DNA of 64,000 nucleotides from Thalia democratica (Eukaryota): NCBI GenBank assembly GCA_965202585.1, contig OZ241826.1, positions 100,192,001 to 100,256,000 of the forward strand, read 5' to 3'. Shown piece by piece: positions 55,004 to 64,000 of this stretch (position 1 is its first letter; each line of letters starts with the position of its first letter). The notes under the pieces were generated by a model. It saw only the letters and a program-made list of their open reading frames with translations, ran no database searches and was not told where the DNA came from. The position numbers and the translations under genes were made by a program.

Positions 55004-55662
55004 ATGGTTGCGAAGACATTGTTGCTACTTTTGTTGCTCGGCCTTGTTCTGATTGTGCCTACGGAAGGAAAGGCAAAGCGTAAGTAATGTTTTTTTTTTT
55101 ACTTATTTACGTTAGATTTTTATTTTGCTTCATGTTGGAGTGTTTTTATAAAAAAAATACTTAAAAGTAACCTGAAATAACAACAATATTTTCTGCATGG
55201 AAAGAATACATTAAAAAGGTGCTAAGTCGAAGTTTATACGTAAAATGGTGACGTTTTTTAAATTATAAATAACAACAAGAGTTAGAATTTGTATACACAA
55301 AAATTTCTATAGAATGAGCTAAAATGTGCAAATATACTGCTCTTAAAATTAAAAGAATAGGGAATGACAGGAAAGGAAAACAGTTTCTCTAAAGTGTACA
55401 AAATTTAATTAAAAAAAAACGTTTTAACATCATATTTGTTTTTACGGTAATTTAAACAAGTTAATACAATAACGCAGGGCGACACAGTAAAGGTAAGCAT
55501 ACAGTGATGCAGGTCGAGGGGGGAACCCCTAAATGCAAACCGTTTTGTAGGAACATTTGGAGGAGGACTAACGAGTACAAGGGGGCTTGCAGGAAAAACA
55601 AGAAGATGTGCCGCTATTGTAGGAAGAACGGTTGGTGTATGATATACACCTCCGTTGAGTAA
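55004..55662 (+). CDS. 86-aa secreted, highly cationic six-cysteine peptide precursor (candidate antimicrobial peptide or toxin)
   Basis: join(55004-55079, 55478-55662), with a C|GTAAGT donor, CAG acceptor and phase 1. Product: MVAKTLLLLLLLGLVLIVPTEG-KAKRRHSKGKHTVMQVEGGTPKCKPFCRNIWRRTNEYKGACRKNKKMCRYCRKNGWCMIYTSVE*. Confidence 0.85.
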
Positions 55663-57434
55663 AAACTATTTATGATTCTTAAGTTGTTCGTAAACTATAG
55701 TTTATATTGTGTTTACTACTTTTCATCACTCGCTTTAACTTTGCAACTTTTGTTAACAATAAGCTTTCGTGACACTTTTCTGTTAAAAGATTAAAGTAGT
55801 TTGTAAATACAGTTTAGAGTTTTTTGTAAATAGTATGCATATTTAGTAATGTACTTATTACAAATGTTTTTTTTTTTGTTTTAGTTATTTGTCACTTGTA
55901 AATGATACTACTAAATATTGTTTGTACTTCTGTTCGTAAATTTGGGAAAAAGCAGGCCATATGAAATTTTAAAGCATCAGTTGATAAAGTTGAACTGTTT
56001 AGCTATTTGTACATACTTCTTAGTTACTTTTCAATAAAAAAGTTTCGTGATTGATATAGTTTTTGTTTAAATTATGTTAACATATAATACCTTTTTGTAT
56101 GTAAATAAATTTGTTTAAAAATGGTTTGAACTTAATTATGATTTAAATAACCAGCAACAAAAAAAAAAGTTAAGTATAACTACTAATTAGTTTTTTCAAT
56201 GTGAATTAAACCAAACAATAACTTTAGTAATATTTCAAGTAAATATAAATACAAGTTGTTAGTCATCTTTCTTACTAAGTCCTTTTATATTGTTAAGAAA
56301 CTTAATTGTTTATAGTCATTTTGATTATACTTACGTTTCAAGTTATAAAAAATAAAAGAAAGAAAATTAAAACTTTGATCATTAACTTAGAGCAAACAAA
56401 AGTCAAAGCAAGATTAGTTCAAAACAAAGTATATTAATGTTTATAAAAAAATTTTGCTGTTAAAAGCTGTAATAACGCAGTTTGTTAAAGATTCCCATTA
56501 AAAAGAAGTTTTTTAGAAAAAATTTCAGCAACTTTTAGAAAAACTTAAAAAAAAACAATTTTTTACAATAAAATTTAATTTAGATATCTAAAACTAAAAA
56601 ACATTATGACTTAGTTTAAATCGAAAAAAAAGTAAATATATTTTCATGATAATAAATACAATAATAAGTATTCAAATACATAAAAATCAAACGTTTTGTT
56701 GCATTATATACACTTTAAGTAATCATTGTGTAAATCTTTTTGAACGGCCTTTTAAAAACTTACTTGTTATCTAGATTTAAACATTAAGATTAAGTTACTA
56801 TTTAAATTGATATTAAACTTAGTATAAATTAAAATATTCAATTTTGTTTTTATAAGAAATATGAAAATAATAAAATATATTACCACATTAATTGGATACA
56901 ATTTAATGTCTAGTTAAAAATATAATATTACAACTCTTTAAACACTTAAAACCTTCGTTTTAGAAACCTTTTTTTATCCAAAGACAGAAGTGAAACAAAA
57001 TAAAATAGTTTTGAAATTAAAACTAGTTTTTAAACTTAAAGAATAAGAACAAATAATGCTAATTTTGAAGCTAAAATCTTGAGAAGAACTTAACTTACTT
57101 TCAGTAAAAATTTTATGTAAAATGTACAAACAAGCTTATACTACTCTATCCAGTGCGGGTGTACATGTCGTATCCGCTACTATTATTACGTCAGCGTACA
57201 GAAACAATTCTTTAAAGTGTTTTTAATTAGACTAACTGGTTAACGAGCAAACCAATCTCTAATGTTTTAATACATTCAAGTTAAAGTTGCATTGGATTAA
57301 ACATAAGGATAGTAAGAAAACGGTGAAATATTTTTAAAATATTTGGGTTTCAGCTGTGACGTCATAAAATAAAGGTATTAAGATAAAACTAAATATGTAA
57401 AGATGACTCGTTAAGAGGTGCAAGAAAACAAAGT

Positions 57435-57945
57435 TTTACGTTTATGGAGTTTAGACTATCGATAAAACTGTTCACCTTTGGTCACCTTAAAGCTCTAAAT
57501 AAAATAAAAAAAGAAGCAAAAATACCGTTGCTGCAAGCCCCCCTCCTATAAAAGAATGATTTTAGAATGAAGCTTTTATCATAGGCTGTTATTAAACTTG
57601 AAAAAAAAAAAGTTTTCTTAAATGAGTTTATCATTACAACTACGTAATAAACGCTGTTTGAAAGAACAACTTTGTTATGAGCACACTTTTATCTGATGAA
57701 ATTTTACGTTTATCGAGTGTAGACTGTATACCTTCGGTCACCTTAAAGCTCTAAATAAAAAAAAATACTGTTGCTGCAAACCCCCTACTCTTCCTATAAA
57801 AGAAATTATTTTAATATGAAGGTTTTATCAAAAGCTGTTATTACATTTGAAAAAAAAAATCATAAATGAGTTTATCATAACAACTACGTAATTATTGTTA
57901 TTAAAAAAATAACTTTGGTATGAGCACATGTTTATCTGATGAAAG
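57435..57945 (+). repeat. Tandem duplication of about 265 bp
   Basis: 'ggtcaccttaaagctctaaataaaa', 'gttgctgcaa.cccc' and 'atgagcaca..ttatctgatgaaa' each occur twice in the same order. Confidence 0.85.
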
Positions 57946-58134
57946 TTTTTAATAAAAAGAATATTTCAACTACGAGTGGGGGCTTGAAAAATTTGTTTAA
58001 GCTGTGTAAATCAAAGTTTAACTTATCTAATACGATTGAAGAATATCATAAACCCTATACAGTTTTACCCTAAATTAGATCTATTTTACGTCATTGCAGA
58101 CTTCATATACCATTTAAGAAAATTTTTAAGATGA

Positions 58135-58206
58135 AAGCAAGGGATGGTTTCTATCCATCGACCTAAGGGTTATGGACCAAGTACGCTATCGCTTTGCCAC
58201 TTTTAT
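58135..58206 (-). pseudogene. Initiator tRNA-Met pseudogene (anticodon CAT retained)
   Basis: Hand alignment gives about 56/72 matches to the canonical eukaryotic tRNA-iMet sequence, recalled from memory. The acceptor stem, D-arm and T-loop (GATAGAAA) carry mutations. Confidence 0.8.
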
Positions 58207-59365
58207 TATAGCGCTGAAATATTTAAAAATCTACAAAAAAGCTTCTTAAATTAATTGTATTGCACATTAGTAACTGATCATATATTATTTTCTTATTTAT
58301 TTGAAAGTACTTTTAATTATTGATTGTAATCAAAAATATAATGAAACACACTAACCTGTTTTTTATTAGTAAATTCGGTATTTTATGTATAGATTAAGTT
58401 GATTATATTATTATAAAAACATTATACAAAAAATGAAGCTTTTTTATATTTACTGAATAGAAAACGGTTAGTTTAAAATTTTCACCAAGATAAACAACCT
58501 AGTATACTTTTGAAAAACTAAGTTACTTTTGCTTAATTTTTAAACGAATACACAATGTTTTTAAATACAGTTATTAAATGTATTTAGAATTTTTGTCTTT
58601 AATTTTGTGCCATTTCTGATTCAAAATAAAACCTTCTTTAGAACTATGATAAATTTATTTGCTCTTACATAAGGTGAAACTTTATTGGTTTGATTGCAAT
58701 TTAAAATGATTCGAAAAATAGCTTATAAACTATATAAATAAATTAATCCACATCAAAAGAAAACAAACTTTATCATCTAATTATATGCTCGTTGAGGTTG
58801 TGAAATTTCTCATATAAAACATTCGTAAAAGTTGAACTATTATGTTTTTAATTTTACTTTTAAGTTTTACACCGAAAACTTACAGTAATAAACTTACAGC
58901 ACATTAAATTTTCAAATATCTTAAGTAACTATATAATAATTTTTAACAGGCTAACATATGCTTCTAATTATTCACAAATGTATAACTTGCAAAATACTAT
59001 ATATATCGAACGCAAACAAACAAAAACAAAGTTCTATTAGACTTTGTACAAAAACTAGTTGAAAGTTGTAAAATTTTGGCATAAATATTTACACTTAAAA
59101 CCAGTAGTTTAGCAAAAAAAGTTTTAAGCAATTAAATACAACATATGTTTTACTACAGGTTATAAGTTTTAAAAAGGAAACTTTTATAAACGTTTATACT
59201 TTATGTTTTAAATGTATAAAGTCATATACAGATTCAACAAAAATTGATTAAAATAAACACATTCTATGAAAAGTTAATAAAATTTGAACTTTTGTTTCTA
59301 CTTAGCTGTTTGATTGAAATATACTGGATATTTTGACATTCCAATAAATTTCCAACGTATTTTAC

Positions 59366-62300
59366 TTTGTTGACTAGTAGATGGACCTATGAAAAAGTTG
59401 ACATTGGTTACTAAAACTCTTGTGCAAACTAGCTTTGAAGTTACAAAAATTACTTAATACATAAAAAATTACTTACTTAGTAAAACTTTTTAAAATTTTA
59501 ATTATTCTGACTAACAATTTTTTGTGACGTAAATAAATCAATGTAAAATGGTTTTATCGTAGTTTGACATGTCTATAAATAAAATTTGTTTGTACCGGTG
59601 TTTTTGTTTCTACTTGATAAAAAATGTTTTAAATTAAAAAAAATCAAGAAAAGATGAAACAGTTTTATAACTATATTTCACAAACACAGCTTAAACTTTA
59701 CGTAACTTTGTCTTTAAAAACACACTATTTTACATATCAAAATGAAAGTGACCTAAATACCTTCTAAAGTGTCGTAGATTGAATCTTCTTTATCACTGTT
59801 GTAACCTTTATGAATAGAAAAACAAATATCAAAGATAAGCATAGTAGTTTTCAAAAACTATAGTTTATAAAAGTTTACTGTTATTTTCATTACAGTTAAG
59901 CAAAATATCATTGTACGCTTTTTGACTTAGTACTATTTTTTAAAAAATGACAAAACGCGATCAACAATTTAAATCTAAGAACCTAGTGTACAAAAAATCC
60001 TCTGGTTATTGAGTCGTACACCACATGTTTTTACAATATATTACGAGCTAAAAAAATAACTTTTAAAGTCTTAATTTTTAAACTTCTACAAACAAAACAA
60101 ACGATAAAAAGATATATGTAATAGTAAATAACAATTTAGACCGTATTGTATATACAATAAAAGAAAACGTAGAAAGTTTGTGTAAAAGTGCAAAATGGTA
60201 TGCAACTAAAAATTTTTTAAAAATGAATTACAATTAACTTAAAAATTTACCATTTAAAGTTTGATGCACTCGGTATAATTGAATGTTTTCAAAATCTAAA
60301 AATAAAAAATTTAAATTTTAGCATTTTTTAATAGTATTTGATTACTAGTATTTTAAAATGCTTAGTTAGTTCTTTGTAATACAATCATAATTAAAAGTGT
60401 TAAAACCTATGAATATAAATTGTGGTGTATAAAGATGTTTAATTAGTTTTTGTTAATTGTTGTTCCTAAAATACTTATCGCCTTTTACATAAAATAATAT
60501 CTAAAAGTATGATTATTATTTAAGTAAATAATTGGAAATAACAACGCTATTTTATTTTAGATTTTGTGTAAATAGTGTAAAATAATTACTTGTATTTTTT
60601 ATATTCACCTAATGTTTAGAAGTATTGTTTTCAACAAATAATCTCGTTTCGTTTCTAGAATTACCCAGTGCTAATTTTTCTGAGTCTAAAAAATAAGTAC
60701 TACTTACATTGTTCTAAAATATATGGTAAAAAGATAACAAAAAGTAGATGTGATAAAAATATATTTTTTTTCTTGTTTGACTAAATTAAAGTTGATTAAC
60801 TCGTAAGCGTACATAGTAAATAAATACATGTTTTACTGATTGAAGTATTTTTAATTGAATTACTTAAAAATTAGATAGTATATTTTAAAGAAACTCATTG
60901 AATATTTTGAAGCAGCTTTGGTACATTATCTAAAAAACAATTAACAATAAACCTTTTAAATTGTAACAACTTATTACCTGATGGTTGTTGCGGTTTTTTC
61001 ATATAACCATTGAGCTGAGAACTCAACAGTCCGTTTTCGCGCTCGAATCTTTTAAAGCTGTAGCAGAAAATTATCATGATAAAAGCAAAAATAACAGCCA
61101 TTATGTACAAAACTGTTTTTATATGTAAACATTGGTCATGGTAACCATCTTTTTGATGTCGAATTTCATTTGGGCAATCTTTTCTACTTTTTAAAGGTTC
61201 ATGATTTTTTTTTTCAACTAAGGGCGTTGGTTTAAGCTTCGTATTTTCGGCTGGGATTTAGGATTTTCAAATATGTATGCTATTAAAAAGTTCAAATGTT
61301 TTATTATGTAATAAGTTTTAAAAGTCTGTGAAACAAAAATATTTTTGTCAGCAAAATATGTAAAACAGTAAAAGAAAAACTTTATCACATTATTAATTAA
61401 CTTTTTACCTCAAATTGTTTCAAAGATCTATTATATTACTTACATCATTAATATTGTTAATAAATGAAGTAAGTATTTTTTCAAGACTTTTATTTTGTAA
61501 TAGTAAGTACTTTAGGAAATTAAACATTTTTTCAAGTGTAGAAATTTAAATACTTTATTATTTAAATTACTTAATAGCAAACTAGGCAACAAAAATTATA
61601 AAACAACAATATACAGAACAACACCAAAAACAATTTACCTCTAGGTTTATTATTTCTCATTCCGCAACCCTTCATCATCCCGGCTCGACCCGTGAACATT
61701 ACAGTGACGTCATAACTGTCAAATTTAAGAGAATTTTTCTAAACTCATGTTCGTTTACAGCTGCGAAGTGCATTCGTATTGCACGGTTTTGTTGTTCTTC
61801 AACACACTCATACCAACGTTATCCTGAGCTATGTGACGTCATAATGACTTCAGCACACTCATACCAATGTTATCCTGAGCATTTGATGTATTCAGATCAG
61901 CTGTAATTATGCTTTATTGCTAACAACCCACGTGACTGTGCTGTGAAACTTTTTAATTTTTTGAAGGTTTAAGTTGCTCAAACTATTTAAACTAGCCGTG
62001 TACATGGGATAAAATTGTTTCTCTTTTCATAACTTTTCGCTAGGGTAAAGTGTTCATCTACTGGATCTACATAGAAGTAGTTGAACCCTTCTATCTTTTT
62101 GCATTCTAGATAAGTGTTTCGATTGTGAATACATACTTTTGTATAAAATTACACTTGAAGCTAAGTAAATTAGATCTACTCGCTAACTACTTCATAATGT
62201 TTCAGTAATTATTTTGATTCAAATTAACGTTGTTTGATGACAAGTGAATAACAAAACCTTTACTTACGTATTTTGTTCATGAAAAAATAATAAAACAATA

Positions 62301-62820
62301 GCACTATAAAAAGTTATTAAAACTACGTAAGCTATTTATCTTCAAATTTTAAACAGTATATGTATTTTTTGATTTAGTTGTAGTTACTACTATAGAGGAA
62401 AAGTCTATAACTAATTTGTTAACAAACTTTTTACCCTCATAAACTAACTTAAATAATTTATCGAATAACGTTATCATTTTAACATTGAAAAACTATATAT
62501 GTTTAATAATTAAGTAGTTTTATTAATTTTTTTTAATTACCCTAAAAAACTTGTTTTTTTTTTATATCTTTAAGTAAAGTACACAACTTATTACTAATTC
62601 TATCAAACAATATAATGAAGTATAAACTTTTTTAATTAAACTCTTAAAACCTTAACATTTTAATAAAGTATATCAAAATATACAATTTAAATATTTGTTT
62701 TAATTGAAGCATTAAACAACAATATAATTTATTTGTTAGCATTTATGTACCTGGAAATATTTCTGCATTTACTCCATAAATAAAAAATGCCAAATATTGA
62801 ACAAAAGTGACCTTTGACAT
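59366..62820 (-). CDS. Type I single-pass membrane protein with phase-1 micro-exons and cytoplasmic tyrosine motifs; 3' end not resolved
   Basis: Model exons, all GT-AG and phase 1: 62751-62820 (MSKVTFVQYLAFFIYGVNA/EIFP, signal-like); 62034(or 62004)-62105; 61865-61900; 60978-61250 (273 nt, TM VLYIMAVIFAFIMIIFCY followed by KR; overlaps ORF track 60895-61110); 60665-60685 (21 nt); 59761-59805 (45 nt, YNSDKEDSIYDTLE); 59366-59386 (21 nt). The ectodomain exon choice is uncertain. Confidence 0.6.
61797..61880. repeat. 33-bp direct repeat flanking an 18-bp filler that contains TGACGTCA
   Basis: Copies at 61797-61829 and 61848-61880 differ at 2 positions. The filler 12-mer gtgacgtcataa is identical to 61704-61715. 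Confidence 0.9.
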
Positions 62821-63417
62821 TCTTAATTCATATAAATAAAACTAGATAACATCTTTTAAAATTAAGTAAGTCAACAAATTCAATTTTAATAGTTTTTATT
62901 TTTATTGTTTTCTTCATAAAAAAAAAATTGTTTAAATGATCGTAACCATAACTTACGATTATAAAAAGATCAAGGTTTTCTTGAATCTACTTTAAGAAAA
63001 AATAATGTGAGTCTATCTTATTAAAACTAACTTTAAAATGTCTATTTAAAACAAAACTTTTTAATACAATGACTTTATAAAAGTTTTTCGTCATATTTTT
63101 TTAAAGTTGTTGTGTTCTTTTTTAACGTTAGACTACTTTTTATTTAATAAACTTTTTCGAAATAAAACTTTTTCTTTGTCTAGATACTATGTTTTTTTTT
63201 TTACTTTAAGGAAGTACTCTATTTGAAGTTATTTAAAATTTTCTTTGAAAAATAAATTTAAATAAAATACATTTAATGTCATGAAGAATGCACTTTTATT
63301 GAAAGTAAACTGTATGAAAAGTGAACAACAGCAAAGTAAACGTAAAACTTTGTTTATAATTGATGAAAACGTTTTAAAATTGATTCCTTGTGTAACTATA
63401 ATAGCTGTTTTGTATAA

Positions 63418-64000
63418 CAAAATAGATCATACAAAAGCGCAGAATCATACAACAGGCTTATGAAAAACTGCCTGACTTCTTCATACAAAGTGTCTGATAA
63501 CAACATTATAGAAAAAATCAACATTGAATCCCAGAAAATAATATCATCCAAGCATTTTAATCTCAAAAACAAAAAAATTCCTAAATTCTCCTCAGTTGAT
63601 GCATTCATTACGGTTAAAGACTATAAGAAAGAGTTCCCACTAAGCATCGAGTGCAGAACTATCAACCCAAGCAAGAATCATCTAGGTAAAATAAGTAAGA
63701 ATATACTAGAAAATATTGTAAACCAAATTAAAAAGAAGTCAACGTTAATCCAATTGAAGAATTCTTACGAATTCATTGAATGGTTTAACAGTATAGATGA
63801 AAAATCGAAAAAATTCTTTGTTAATTTCGATATCCAAAAATTTTACCCGAGTATCAAACTAACACACCTTATGAATGCTATAGAGTTTGCAAGAAAGTTC
63901 ACTGAGATAAGTGAAGAAGATGTGAATATTATAACACACACTTGTAATTCAGTTCTCACCTACGATGGAAAAGTATGGACCAAGAAAAATCAAGAATCAT
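63418..64000 (+). mobile_element. Penelope-like retroelement RT ORF, open and running off the window end
   Basis: Stop-free frame of 194 codons, absent from the ORF track because it has no stop in the window: SYNRLMKNCLT..AFITVKDYKKEFP..CRTINPSKNHLGKISKNIL..WFNSI..FVNFDIQKFYPSI..VWTKK. Confidence 0.85.

Larger units (their letters stand above)
32031..60050 (+). repeat. Dispersed short repeat family, four copies (near 32071, 39912, 45289, 60004)
   Basis: Shared core g(g)ttat(c/t)gag(tc). Three copies have the upstream 'caagga c(c/t)tggtg'-like block. Confidence 0.55.

Noticed and set aside
55493-55504. GTAAGCATACAG as a 12-nt micro-intron in the peptide gene
   Set aside because: It is too short for spliceosomal removal, and the frame is open without it.
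61839-61841. In-frame TGA as selenocysteine
   Set aside because: It lies in duplication filler sequence, has no redox-motif context, and I recognised no SECIS.
1-64000. rRNA, snRNA, spliced-leader RNA genes and the remaining short AT-rich ORFs in the track
   Set aside because: None was recognised by eye. The remaining ORFs have low-complexity F/L/I/K/N composition typical of chance frames in AT-rich DNA.

Overview
This is very AT-rich, intron-containing animal DNA. Its repeats and retroelements resemble those of Hydra or another cnidarian, which is my inference and was not checked. There are no long ORFs, and most entries in the supplied ORF track are spurious or antisense. Manual reading found four compact, spliced, apparently intact genes in 40.8-62.8 kb, which the ORF track misses or captures only as isolated fragments: an 86-aa secreted, strongly cationic six-cysteine peptide; a type I membrane protein with phase-1 micro-exons and an ITIM-like SIYDTL motif; a 149-aa protein with an Axin-DIX-like motif, whose exon/donor junction has expanded into a 93-94-bp minisatellite; and an 80-aa basic protein ending in CxxxCxxC. 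At 19.4-29.6 kb lie three tandem, dead, partial copies of an axonemal dynein heavy chain (DNAH1-like) stalk/AAA5 region. Mobile DNA comprises four Penelope-like retroelement pieces (one still open at the window edge), a 3.3-kb foldback-type transposon with an exact 8-bp TSD, a hAT-like insertion, MITE remnants and an initiator-tRNA-Met pseudogene. All homology calls come from remembered motifs; no database search was run.
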